Shown here in pieces: positions 51,716 through 64,000 of a stretch of 64,000 nucleotides of DNA. The notes beneath the pieces were generated by a model. That model had not been told where the DNA came from. It saw only the letters and a list, made by a program, of their open reading frames with translations, and searched no databases. Position 1 is the stretch's first letter. Each line of letters starts with the position of its first letter. The stretch spans positions 1,888,001 to 1,952,000 of the forward strand of contig OY970320.1 of the NCBI GenBank assembly GCA_963716745.1. The letters run 5' to 3'. Source of the stretch: an uncultured Gemmatimonadaceae bacterium (lineage in GTDB: Bacteria > Gemmatimonadota > Gemmatimonadetes > Gemmatimonadales > Gemmatimonadaceae). The translations under genes and the position numbers were made by a program.

Positions 51716-52039
51716 GTGTACCCTGTCGCGGTGCTTACTCCTGTCTGGGATTGTCCCGAGTTCCGAGACCGCCATCTCGATTACACCGATGGCTCGCTCG
51801 CCGCGTCCGACACGGCCGCGGCGGAAGCGCATCTGGAACGGTGTGCCGACTGCGCGCGATTCGATGTGAGAGTCCGCCGCGCATTGCTCGTGATCCGAAA
51901 TGTCGCGCCGGCACCGGGATCGGCGGACCTCTTCGCCCGCATCATGGCGCGCGTCGCCCGCTCGCCCGCTGCGCACCGGCACCAGCCCGCGCCGCGCTAC
52001 GAGCGCCCACGCCTCGCCGCGGGAATGCCCGCGAGCTGA
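51716..52039 (+). CDS. Short soluble zinc-finger (zf-HC2) anti-sigma factor
   Basis: HLERCADC (HxxxCxxC) directly after the ECF sigma gene; no TM segment. Confidence 0.8.
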   Translation: MYPVAVLTPVWDCPEFRDRHLDYTDGSLAASDTAAAEAHLERCADCARFDVRVRRALLVIRNVAPAPGSADLFARIMARVARSPAAHRHQPAPRYERPRLAAGMPAS

Positions 52040-52042
52040 CCG

Positions 52043-52597
52043 CTACTTCGCCGGCCCCGCTCCCGGCGCGAGGATCGCTCTGATCGCCGGCAGGTTCTTC
52101 TGAACGAACGAGATATTCTCGAGCATGGCCGGCGACAATCCGGCGGGTAGCGGCTTGCCCGACGCGATCATCTGCAGTCCTTGCATCGATTGCGTGATCG
52201 CCATACCGGTCACGATGAACTTCTGTGGAGTACTCCCGGTCGAGATGATCGTCGAGCGCAACTTCGGCTCTTTCTCCAGGCCCGAAACCACATCGTCCAG
52301 CGTGCCATTCTGCGGGCGTTGCCGGAGCGCGGTGAGCAACGCGGGATCGGCCTTCGTCACGCGATCGAACGCCGCCTGCGTTTTCCCGAACTGCTGAATG
52401 GCCGGCATGGTGAGTTTGAATTCCTTGAGCACGATCGCGGCAGAATCATCGGGAACCGGACCGAGGGGCAGGAGCGGCGCGGCTGGCGCGGCCGCCACGG
52501 GCGATGCGGCCGCAGCGGGCGCAGCGTCCGGCGTCTTCGTGGCCTTGCACGCGGTCGCGAGCATCGCGGCCAACAGGAACAGGAGCGAGCGACTCAC
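52043..52597 (-). CDS. Hypothetical lipoprotein
   Basis: Lipobox LATAC, Ala/Pro linker, helical domain. Confidence 0.7.
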   Translation of the reverse strand: MSRSLLFLLAAMLATACKATKTPDAAPAAAASPVAAAPAAPLLPLGPVPDDSAAIVLKEFKLTMPAIQQFGKTQAAFDRVTKADPALLTALRQRPQNGTLDDVVSGLEKEPKLRSTIISTGSTPQKFIVTGMAITQSMQGLQMIASGKPLPAGLSPAMLENISFVQKNLPAIRAILAPGAGPAK

Positions 52598-52734
52598 GCG
52601 AAGACGCGGGCGAACTGTAAGCACGGGATCCTCGAACAGCGGGGGTGGGATCGGCGCGCGCGAACGGCGCGCACGAGCGTGGCCTGAGTCTAGCCGCGCG
52701 CTGCGCCGGTCACAACCAGCGCTATATTCTCGGC

Positions 52735-53751
52735 ATGGCCGCCTCCGCCGAGCGCACTCTCCGGAAATCGATCCAGACACGCGCCTTCGAGCGCGCGTAC
52801 TACTTGTATGGCGAAGATGACTTCCTGAAGGACGATGCGCTGCGTCAGCTGATCGAAGCGGCGGTGGATCCCGCGACGCGCGACTTCAATCTCGATCTCC
52901 GCGACGGTGCGTCGCTTGACGCGGAGACGCTGGGTTCTCTCCTCGGCACGCCACCCATGATGGCGGAACGCCGCGTGGTGATCGTGCGGAACGCGCCGGC
53001 CCTTCGGAAGGATGCGCGCGCGGCGCTCGACCGCTTCTTCGCGCGTGAGACGCCGTCGGCCGATCTGTTGCTCGTCCTCGTCGCGCCGGCTGGTGAGCTC
53101 GCGGCGGCGGACAAGACACTCGCGAAGCGCATGACCGATGTCGAGTTCGAGCCGCTGTCCGGCGATCGCGTGGCGAAATGGATCGTGCACCATGCCGGAG
53201 AGCTCGGCGTTTCGCTCACCCCCGGCGCCGCCGAACTGCTGCAGCGCGCCGTGGGCAATGACCTGCCGTCGCTCGCCACCGAGCTCGACAAACTCGCGAG
53301 CTTCTCCAACGGTGCGCCGATCGACGAGGATGCTGTGACGGCGGTGGTGGGCGTTCGCCGCGGCGAGACCGTGGGCGACCTCATGGATCGCGTCGCCGCG
53401 CGCGATGCGGTCGGTGCGCTCGCGATCCTGCCGCACATCCTCACGCAGCCAAAGACCAGCGGCGTCACGATCGTGATGGGCCTGGCCACGCAAACGCTCG
53501 CGCTCGCGTGGGGTGGCGCGGTCAAAGGGCGCGCCGATTACTTTGGTCTGTTGAAGGAGAGCAAGGCGTATCCGGGCCGCTCGTGGAGCGATGCGGCGTC
53601 CGCGTGGCAGCGGGCGGCCGGCACGTGGTCCACCGCCCAGCTGGATGCGGCGCTCGAAGCCTTGCTTGCCGCCGATGCCTCGCTCAAGGACACGCGCGGC
53701 TCGACCGATGAACAACTGCTCACGACGCTGGTCCTCTCGCTCTGCGCGTAG
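52735..53751 (+). CDS. holA: DNA polymerase III delta subunit
   Basis: YYLYGEDDFL, DFNL, PMMAERRVV, ELDKL. Confidence 0.9.
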   Translation: MAASAERTLRKSIQTRAFERAYYLYGEDDFLKDDALRQLIEAAVDPATRDFNLDLRDGASLDAETLGSLLGTPPMMAERRVVIVRNAPALRKDARAALDRFFARETPSADLLLVLVAPAGELAAADKTLAKRMTDVEFEPLSGDRVAKWIVHHAGELGVSLTPGAAELLQRAVGNDLPSLATELDKLASFSNGAPIDEDAVTAVVGVRRGETVGDLMDRVAARDAVGALAILPHILTQPKTSGVTIVMGLATQTLALAWGGAVKGRADYFGLLKESKAYPGRSWSDAASAWQRAAGTWSTAQLDAALEALLAADASLKDTRGSTDEQLLTTLVLSLCA

Positions 53752-53779
53752 CGGAGCCGCCCCCTCTTCCTTCGCATCG

Positions 53780-54750
53780 ATGCTGACGAAACGTCTCCTG
53801 TTCGCCATCCCGCTCGTGATGCTGGCGCTGCACGCCGGCGCGCAAACGATCGACAGCGCGCTCACGACCGATACGGTCTTCCTGCGCGTGCAACGGCTCG
53901 CGGCGAACGGGCAGGGTGACGCCGCGCGCGCGCTGGCGCAGGAACAATTCGAAGCAGCGCCCACGGCATCGCCGCGCTTCGTAGAAGCGCTGTACTGGCG
54001 CGCGGTCGTCGCGTCCACGGCCGCCGATGCGGAGCGCGATCTCCGCACGATCATCGTGGACTATCCGCTGTCTCCGTGGAGCGTCGAGGCGCTGATGCGT
54101 CTCGCGCAGCTCGAGATGACGCGCCGGGACATGGACCAGGCGCTCGCGCATCTCAACCGGGTGATGGTGGAACATCCGAACAGTCCGTCGCGGCCGAAGG
54201 CGAGCTTCTGGATCGCGCGCGTGGAGTTCGAACAGGGCAAGCTGGCGGACGCCTGCCGCCAACTTGGCGACGCCGCGCGCTCGGCGCCGGTGAACGACGT
54301 CGAGCTGAAGAACCAGATCGAATACTGGGCGACGCGATGCGCTCCGGCGGACACTGCCTTCGCTGTGGACCCGCGGACTGACAGCGGCAAGTCGAATCCG
54401 AAGGCCGCAAGTGAGGCCTTCACCCCCGCTCCGGCAGCCGCGGCGCCAGCCGCCGCAACGACTGCCGTCGCCGCGCCGACGAAGCCGGCCGCCGCACCGG
54501 CGAAACCGGCCGCCGCACCGGCGCCCAAGCGGCAGTACACGGTGCAGGTGGGCGCGTATAACACGAAATCCGCGGCCGACGGGCTCGCGAAGACGCTGCA
54601 TGACCGCGGCTACGACGTGCGCGTGTACGGCACGAACGCGCCCTTCCGCGTGCGCGTCGGCCGGTACGACAAGCAATCGCAAGCCAACGCCGAGGCGGAC
54701 AAGCTGAACGCGAAGAAGATCGCGGCTTTCGTCACGGAGGCGGAGCCGCA

Positions 54751-54754
<4 letters not shown>
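53780..54754 (+). CDS. Periplasmic TPR + SPOR domain protein
   Basis: Signal peptide, TPR helices (DYPLS, EHPNS), YTVQVGAY...FRVRVG SPOR domain. Confidence 0.85.
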
Positions 54755-57344
<2,590 letters not shown>

Positions 57345-57348
<4 letters not shown>

Positions 57349-58466
57349 CTCCGGGTCAGCTCGCGGCCAGGAGATCTGGCGGCACGACGACCGCGCACTC
57401 GGCGCGCGCGATCATCTCCACGCAGCCAATCCGATTCCATGGGCAGCGACCGGCGCTCCTCGCGCTCGAGGCGGCCGAGGTGCTCGAGCGCGGTGCGCGC
57501 GGCCGTAACGCCGCCGGTGAAATCGCCGGCGGCGAGCATCACGGCGGCTGAGGCGCGACCGACGGCGACCGGGCACGCCGGGCGGCGCGCCGCCGCCTCA
57601 TCCAGCCACCGCTGAGCCGCCGCGGCGTCATCGTGGATCCGTGCCTCGAAATACGCGGCATCCGCAAGCAGCGCGCAGGCGGCACGGGCCGGCAACACTG
57701 CCCGAAGCGACAGCGCGCGATCCAGCAACGCCGCCGCGCGCTCATGCGCACATCCATCGAGTGCGCGGCGGAATGCGGCGGCGCACCCCAGCGCTTCGGC
57801 CTCGGTACCGTCGTGGAGCGCGATCGCGTCCGCCGTCCACCGGTCGGGCCACGAGCGCGGCCGCTGGCCGACGCGCTGCGCGCCGGCGATGCGGAGGAGT
57901 GCCAGGAACCGGTCCGCCGCGGCGCCGCCGCTCGCGAGCAGGAGCAATTGCGCGCCATCACTCGGTTCGCCGCGCACGCCGATGGGCAGCGCCGAGAGCG
58001 TGAAGCGCAGCAAGGATGCGATCGCGATGACCGGCGCGATGGAGATCGTCGCGATGCCGACGGCCAGACTCGCCGCAGGTCCGGCGGCCGCGACCAGCGC
58101 CCAGCGCGAATTCATTGGACGCTCGCCATGCGGCTCCACGAGCACGCCGCCGCGCAGTGCCGGCCACGTCATCACCGCGCGCAACGACAGCCCGCGCCGC
58201 GATGGCGCGAACACGAATGGGCCGATCGTCGCTTCGACGGTGCGGAAGCCGGCGGCGCGCGCCGCGATCCAATGGGCGGCGTCATGTGCGACGAGCGCGG
58301 CGACCGCGGCCGAAAGCACGAGGTCGAGCCAACCCGCGGCGCGCGACAACTCCGGCGGCACGCCCGGCGCGAGCAACGCCGCGTTCGCGATGATCGCGAG
58401 CGCCGCGAGCACGGTGATGGGGGCGAAGAGGACCGCGACGATGCGCCGCGAGACGGGACCCAGCAT
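57345..58466 (-). CDS. Membrane protein, M50/site-2 protease-like N-terminus with a helical C-terminus
   Basis: HDAAH, AGP and SDG motifs within TM segments. Confidence 0.6.
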
Positions 58467-58579
58467 ATGGACGATGCGATGCCGATTAGAGGGCGCTAAC
58501 ACCTGATACACGAGCTACGGGGCCCGTCGTCACCCTGGCATCGCGAGTGCAGGCAAGCGCCGCCGCCGCGGCGCCACGT

Positions 58580-59977
58580 TCACCGCGCCATCAGATACTC
58601 GAGCACGTCGCTCCGCGTCACGATCCCCTGGATGCCGGTCTCGCCGCGCACCAGTACCGCGGGATTCATCTTGGTGAGGAGTCGCACGACGCTGTCCACC
58701 GGCTGCGTGCCTTCCACCAGCGGGAAGGGTGCGTCCATCACTTCGCTCACCGACACGTCGAGCAGCTTCGGGTCCTCGAGCGCCCGGGCCGACACGCTGG
58801 CCTCGCTCATCGCGCCCACACAGTCGCGCCCATCGAGCACGGGCAGCTGCGAGATGTCGTGCAGCGCCATCAAGCGAAGCGCCTGCCGCACGCTCGCGCC
58901 CGGCGATGTGCTCACGATCACCGGCGCGTCGCCGCGCTTCTTCGCCAGCAGTTGGGCGATCGAGATGCGGTCGCCCTCGAGCATCTGGTTCTCGCGCATC
59001 CACTCGTCGCTGTAGAGCTTCGAGAGGTAGCGCTCACCGGTGTCGCAGAGGAACGTCACGATGAACGCCTTCGGATCATCGACCTCCGCGGCGACCTGCA
59101 GCGCGACGTGCGCGATCAGGCCGCTCGACCCTCCCACGAACAACCCTTCTTCGCGCGTCAGCCGGCGCGCCATCGCGAACGACTCGCGGTCGGTGACGGT
59201 GCGGTAGTCATCCACCAGCGACAGATCGAGCGTGCCCGGCAGCTTGTCCTGCCCGACGCCTTCGACTTTGTACGGCACGCCCTCGCCATGCGTCTTCCCC
59301 TGCGAGCGCCAGAGTTCGGCGAGGATCGAGCCCTGCGGATCGCCCGAGATCACGCGGATCTTCGGATTCTTCTTCTTGAGATAGCGCGCGACGCCGGTGA
59401 TGGTGCCGCCCGTTCCGGCGGCCGCGACGAGATGCGTGATCCGTCCTTCGGATTGCTCCCAGAGCTCCGGACCCGTGGTTTCCTCGTGCGCCTGTGGGTT
59501 CGCGTCGTTATAGAACTGATTCGCGAGGATCGCATTCGGTGTCTCCTCCGCGATGCGCTTGGCCACCATCACGTAGCTGTCCGGATGGTCGGGCGGCACC
59601 GCGGTGGGCGTGATGATCACTTCCGCGCCGAAGGCCTTGAGCAGACGCACTTTCTCCTGGGACATCTTGTCGGGCATCGTGAAGATGCACCGATAGCCCT
59701 TGAGCGCCGCGGCGATGGCGAGCCCGACCCCGGTATTGCCGCTCGTGCCCTCGACGATGGTGCCGCCGGGTTTGAGCGATCCGTCCTTCTCCGCGCGCTC
59801 GATGATCGGGAGCCCGATGCGGTCCTTCACACTGCCGCCGGGATTGAAGAATTCCGCCTTGCCGTATACCGGCGTGCGGAGCCCGCGGGTGACGCGGGTC
59901 AGGCGGATGAGCGGCGTCCAGCCGATGGTCTCGATGACGCTCGCATACGGCCGCCGGTTCCGCTCGACGCCACTCAT
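58580..59977 (-). CDS. Cystathionine beta-synthase (PLP enzyme with a CBS-domain pair)
   Basis: NPGGSVKDR, TSGNTG, GTGGT, YLSK; C-terminal CBS domains. Confidence 0.9.
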   Translation of the reverse strand: MSGVERNRRPYASVIETIGWTPLIRLTRVTRGLRTPVYGKAEFFNPGGSVKDRIGLPIIERAEKDGSLKPGGTIVEGTSGNTGVGLAIAAALKGYRCIFTMPDKMSQEKVRLLKAFGAEVIITPTAVPPDHPDSYVMVAKRIAEETPNAILANQFYNDANPQAHEETTGPELWEQSEGRITHLVAAAGTGGTITGVARYLKKKNPKIRVISGDPQGSILAELWRSQGKTHGEGVPYKVEGVGQDKLPGTLDLSLVDDYRTVTDRESFAMARRLTREEGLFVGGSSGLIAHVALQVAAEVDDPKAFIVTFLCDTGERYLSKLYSDEWMRENQMLEGDRISIAQLLAKKRGDAPVIVSTSPGASVRQALRLMALHDISQLPVLDGRDCVGAMSEASVSARALEDPKLLDVSVSEVMDAPFPLVEGTQPVDSVVRLLTKMNPAVLVRGETGIQGIVTRSDVLEYLMAR

Positions 59978-60426
59978 GGTTTCGCGGGGGGCGTCGCCTT
60001 CTTCTGGAGGACGCTGTCGCCGGGCAGCGCGCCGACACCGGGGTGACGGAAGAACACCGGGAGCTGGAGCGCGACGCCGATCGGCTTCTTCTGGAACTTC
60101 GCCGGAATGAAATGCAGTTCGGGCGCACCGCGTACGGCCGCGGTGTCGAACTCCGGGTAGCCCGATGATTTCAGCACGAACGTCGAGTCGGGCCACACAG
60201 CGCCGGCGCTATCGATGTAGATGCGGAGCACGACGTTCGCCTGCACCTTCGATGCGTACAGCTTCTCGGGATAGCGGAACGGCAGCTCGGTGTTGAGCAG
60301 CACCGGCATTTCGTCCGGCTTCTGGCCGGCGGCAGTGAGCGCGTCCATCGCCTGCTTGGTCGTGTCGGCGGAGGGACAGGCGGCGGTGATCAACACGCCC
60401 GCGACGAGTGCGGTGAGATAGCGCAT
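59974..60426 (-). CDS. TonB C-terminal-domain lipoprotein
   Basis: Lipobox ITAAC, YP...SSG...FDTAA...FIPA...LPVFF. Confidence 0.8.
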   Translation of the reverse strand: MRYLTALVAGVLITAACPSADTTKQAMDALTAAGQKPDEMPVLLNTELPFRYPEKLYASKVQANVVLRIYIDSAGAVWPDSTFVLKSSGYPEFDTAAVRGAPELHFIPAKFQKKPIGVALQLPVFFRHPGVGALPGDSVLQKKATPPAKP

Positions 60427-60544
60427 GGTGAGTCTGAATATCACCTGGAGACGAACGGCCGGATAGAGGGCCGGCGGCCGCCGGCGCGCGAGGACGCCGT
60501 CCCCCTGTCCCCGCCTCGCCGCCGCCGCCATCTTGCCCTATCTC

Positions 60545-61582
60545 ATGCGTATCACACTCCTACTCGGCGGCGCCTCGGCGGAGCGCGATGTCTCGCTCGC
60601 ATCGGGGCTTCGCATCGCTCAAGCGCTACGCGAGCGGTCGCACGCCGTGACGCTCGTCGATCCCGCGAGCGGAGTGATCACGCCCAAGCAGGAAGCCGCG
60701 ATGCGGAGTGCCGGCGTGCTGCATCCGGCGCCGCCATCGCTCGAGTCGCTGCGCACCTTCCGCCAGGGCGCGCTGCTCCCATCGCTCGGGACGCTGGCCG
60801 AAGTGCGCGATGCGGAGGTCGTGTTCCTCGGACTGCATGGTGGCGAGGGAGAGGATGGCACGCTCCAGGCGATGCTCGACCTCGCCCGCATTCGGTACAC
60901 GGGCAGCGGACATCTCGGCAGCGCGATCGCGATGGACAAGGACCTCTCGAAGAAACTCTTTCGCGCGGCCGGTGTCGGAACTGCCGACTGGATGATGACT
61001 GGGCGGTATGCGGGCGCGCCGCCGGACGGCGCGTCCGTTACGAGAACGTTGGGCATGCCGGTGGTGGTGAAGCCGTCGAAGCAGGGGTCGACGGTGGGCC
61101 TGTCGGTGGTGAAGGATCCGTCGGGCCTCGACGCTGCGGTGGCCGAAGCCGCGCAGTATGATGATGAAGTGATGATCGAGAAGTTCGTGCCAGGCCGCGA
61201 ACTGACGGTGGCGATCCTGGGTTCGGAAGCGCTCCCCGTGGGAGAGATCATCCCGAAGCACGAGCTGTATGATTATGAATGCAAGTACACCGCCGGCATG
61301 GCGGTCGAGGAGTTCCCCGCGCGGTTGCCGGCGGCGATCGCGGCCGAAGCGCAACGTCAGGCGCTGGTGGCGTTCCGGGCGCTCAAGCTTGACGGCTACG
61401 CCCGCATCGACTTCCGTTTGACAGCGGGCGGCGAGCTCTTCTGTTTGGAGGCGAACACGTTGCCGGGAATGACGGAGTTCAGTCTGGTGCCGCAAGCCGC
61501 GGCGGCGGCGGGGATCGAGTTCGGCGCGCTGTGCGAACGGATCGTGCAGCTCGCGCTGTCGCAGTCACATCGGGAGGCATGA
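60545..61582 (+). CDS. ddl: D-alanine-D-alanine ligase
   Basis: GGASAERDVSL, LHGGEGEDG, GSTVG, YDYECKY, EANTLPGMT. Confidence 0.96.
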   Translation: MRITLLLGGASAERDVSLASGLRIAQALRERSHAVTLVDPASGVITPKQEAAMRSAGVLHPAPPSLESLRTFRQGALLPSLGTLAEVRDAEVVFLGLHGGEGEDGTLQAMLDLARIRYTGSGHLGSAIAMDKDLSKKLFRAAGVGTADWMMTGRYAGAPPDGASVTRTLGMPVVVKPSKQGSTVGLSVVKDPSGLDAAVAEAAQYDDEVMIEKFVPGRELTVAILGSEALPVGEIIPKHELYDYECKYTAGMAVEEFPARLPAAIAAEAQRQALVAFRALKLDGYARIDFRLTAGGELFCLEANTLPGMTEFSLVPQAAAAAGIEFGALCERIVQLALSQSHREA

Positions 61583-62241
61583 TGGCACGAAGCACCGGAC
61601 CGACGGCGGCGATCGCGGGGATCACACCCGGCGTCCAGGGGCAGGGCGTGTGGACCGGGCGGCGGCAGCTCTTCGTGCGCTTCGCCGGCGAGGCCGAGAC
61701 GGCGGTGCTCTACAACGGGGAGATGCTCGCGAAGCAGGTGGATCGCGCCGTCGGACATACCGCGCTTCATTCGATCGCGCTCGCCGGGCGCGATCCACTG
61801 GGCAGTGGGCCGCTCATCGCCGATGCGTTCGCGCGGTGGAAATCCAGTCTCCCGGTGATGCTCGACTGTGACGGACAGCGTCCCGACGATCTGGCGCCGG
61901 TGCTGGGGTCGCTCGCGATGGTGCAGGTGACATTCGAATTCGGCGATGCGCCGGCGGTCGCCGAGCGCGCGCTCACGTCGCTGCGTCACGCGGCCGCCGC
62001 GAAGGTGGGGCATGCGCTGGTGCTCGCGCCGCGCGATGCGACGAGCGACGGGCAGATCCTGCGGCTGGTGGAGCAGGCCCACGGCGCGGTGCCGGGCATG
62101 CAGATCGTGCTCCATCCCGCGCCGTCGGGTGACAAACCGCCGCTCGATCGCCGCTATGCCACGCTCATGGACCAGGCGATGGCGATCCATCGCGATATCA
62201 CGTTCACGATGCGCGTGCCCGGGCCCGTCGGGGTGCGGTAG
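61579..62241 (+). CDS. QueE-like protein lacking the radical-SAM cysteine motif
   Basis: VQGQG.WTG...FVRFAG followed directly by EAETA; GRDPL in place of GGEPL. Confidence 0.7.
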   Translation: MMARSTGPTAAIAGITPGVQGQGVWTGRRQLFVRFAGEAETAVLYNGEMLAKQVDRAVGHTALHSIALAGRDPLGSGPLIADAFARWKSSLPVMLDCDGQRPDDLAPVLGSLAMVQVTFEFGDAPAVAERALTSLRHAAAAKVGHALVLAPRDATSDGQILRLVEQAHGAVPGMQIVLHPAPSGDKPPLDRRYATLMDQAMAIHRDITFTMRVPGPVGVR

Positions 62242-62253
62242 CGGAGCGCGACG

Positions 62254-63160
62254 ATGGACTTCACGAGCACTGAGGAGCGGCTGCCGCCGCCGATGACACC
62301 GGTCGTGCGGGCGATCATCGCGCTGAACGTTGCGGTGTTCTTCCTTCAGCTCGGATTGGTGGGCGACCCCGACATGTTCCGCGCGCTCGCGTGGCACAGC
62401 GGCGGTGAGCCGTGGACGATCATCACGTACAGCTTCGTGCACGGCGGCATTCTGGCACCTCGTGTCGAACCTCTGGCTGCTGTTCGTGTTCGGTCCGCGC
62501 GTGGAGCAGGCGTTCGGCGCGGCGCGATTCACCGCGTACTATCTCTGGTGCGCGGTGGGTGGCTGGCTCGCGCACGTGATCTTCGTGCCGCAGGGCGGTT
62601 ATCTCCTGGGAGCCTCGGCGGCGATCCTCGGCGTGTTGCTCGCGTATGCGATGCGCTGGCCCGACGATGAGGTCGCGATCTTCCCGTTCATGGTGACGGT
62701 GAAAGTGCGGTGGCTGGTCGCGTTCATGGCGGTGATCAACCTGCTCTTCGGCATCAGCACGGCGAACGGCGCGGCGGGGATCGCGTACTTCGCGCACCTG
62801 GGCGGACTCGTCGCCGGCTACATCTTCCTCTACGCTGCCGCGGCGCCCGGACTCGACCGCATGCGCCAGCGCGTGGCGAGCGTGCCCGATGAACCGGACG
62901 AACCGCCGCGCGCCATCCCCCGCTCGCCGACGCGCACGCGCGAGCGCGTCTCGGAGGCCGACGATGCGGTGGCGCGCAGCAACGCCGCGATCGCGCAGCC
63001 GCCGGCGCGTTCCGTGCCGCTCGCGACGCGCGTGGGCCGGCGCAAGACCGAAGAGCTAGATCTCGTGCTCGACAAGATCTCCCGTCTGGGCATCGACAGC
63101 CTGACGGCGGATGAGCGCTCGCTGCTCGTGGAAATGTCCAAGCAGCTGCGCGACCGCTGA
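62254..63160 (+). CDS. Rhomboid intramembrane serine protease with a C-terminal LDKI domain (frameshift near 62445)
   Basis: H...WHLVSN, GASAA, AHLGG; C-terminus LDLVLDKISRLGIDSLTADE. Confidence 0.9.
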
Positions 63161-63170
63161 CGATTCCGGG

Positions 63171-63205
63171 AAAGTAAGAGCCCCCCGGGGAGATCCCCGG
63201 GGGGC
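63171..63205 (-). terminator. Intrinsic terminator facing the minus strand
   Basis: gccccccgggg-atct-ccccggggggc followed by tcttacttt on the minus strand. Confidence 0.75.
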
Positions 63206-63262
63206 AGTGCCGCCACGCCGTTCCCGCGGCGGCAGTGACCGGCGCCAGAGCGCGTCGGCCGA
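63171..63262 (-). ncRNA. Candidate small RNA of about 90 nt with three hairpins
   Basis: TTACCG-N17-TATTAT promoter-like element, two hairpins, then a terminator with a U-rich tail. No ATG-initiated ORF. Confidence 0.45.
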
Positions 63263-63397
63263 TACCTGATAATACGGAAGTGCCGCGGCGCCGGTAAGGG
63301 GGTGAAGCGGAGGTGAGAACGGTCTAACGGCGACGACTGGACTTACGGCGCGCGTAACTCCAAGATGGCGCAACCTCTCCAAGGTGAAGTGGGTCCG

Positions 63398-64000
63398 ATG
63401 AGATGGCGATCCGCAAGCTCTCTCCTCATGGCATTGACGGCGTCCGCCTACGCTCAACAGTCGTCGTCGGCGATCCTGGAACGACCGCATCTCAAAGCGG
63501 GCGCGGACACGAACGATGCCGCGGCCTACTATTCGTACGGCACCATCACGATCGCCAAGGCGCCGGCGGTCGCGCGCTCCGCGTTCTACTGGGCGAGCCG
63601 GCTCGATCCCGAAATGGCGGATGCGTACTACGGTCATGCGATCGCGATCGTACTGGCGTTCCGCGATTCAGTGCATGAACGGCAGATGTCCGGCGGGAAC
63701 AGCGAAGCCGATCCCACTCGGGCCCAACGGATCGAGTTCGACTCCTTGATGCACATGGGGTTCGCGCGCGAGCCTTTCCTCGACCCGCGCTACAACTTGC
63801 TGCTCTTCCCCGCATGGGTGCGTCAGGCGTTACCCCGCAGCACCGACCCCGAACTTCGCGGCGATTATGCGTTCGCGATGCACGAATACACTCACGCCGT
63901 CGCGGAATGGGCGGCGGCGTTCAAGAAGGAGCCCCAGCGTCTCGATCTCCGCCTCAGTCGAGCGCGCGCCTTCTACTACATGCAGGCGTACGATAGCGCA
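63398..64000 (+). CDS. Secreted TPR-repeat protein (runs off the window end)
   Basis: Hand translation MRWRSASSLLMALTASAYAQ...AFYWASRLDPEMADAYY...; open to 64000. Confidence 0.75.
   Translation, partial: MRWRSASSLLMALTASAYAQQSSSAILERPHLKAGADTNDAAAYYSYGTITIAKAPAVARSAFYWASRLDPEMADAYYGHAIAIVLAFRDSVHERQMSGGNSEADPTRAQRIEFDSLMHMGFAREPFLDPRYNLLLFPAWVRQALPRSTDPELRGDYAFAMHEYTHAVAEWAAAFKKEPQRLDLRLSRARAFYYMQAYDSA

Overview
High-GC bacterial chromosomal window spanning the replication origin. The gene content (GWxTD protein, short Cys-tailed pilins, many lipoproteins) suggests Gemmatimonadota; this is inference. The core origin block is dnaN-oriC-dnaA / rpmH-rnpA-yidD-yidC-mnmE, with rnpB directly downstream of dnaN. 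About 20 kb away lies mnmG-parS-parA-parB-M23-bactofilin. Other contents: a type IV minor-pilin cluster, two tandem major-pilin-like genes, a cupredoxin opposite a SufR-like regulator, hisA-like/hisIE/murB, a nucleoside-type ABC operon, polA, a PQQ dehydrogenase plus porin, pterin genes, an M16 peptidase pair, an ECF sigma/anti-sigma pair, holA-SPOR-mutS, cystathionine beta-synthase, ddl and a rhomboid protease. Single-base frameshifts in essential genes point to uncorrected long-read errors. No mobile element or CRISPR array was seen. The most interesting signals are: (1) a QueE-like protein with its Fe-S motif deleted, coupled to ddl and a rhomboid; (2) an orphan three-hairpin sRNA candidate at about 63.2 kb; (3) a parAB-degenerate LytM-bactofilin operon; (4) sigma54-like promoters in front of both pilins and the ECF sigma gene; (5) a Bacillus-type DnaA-trio origin element.
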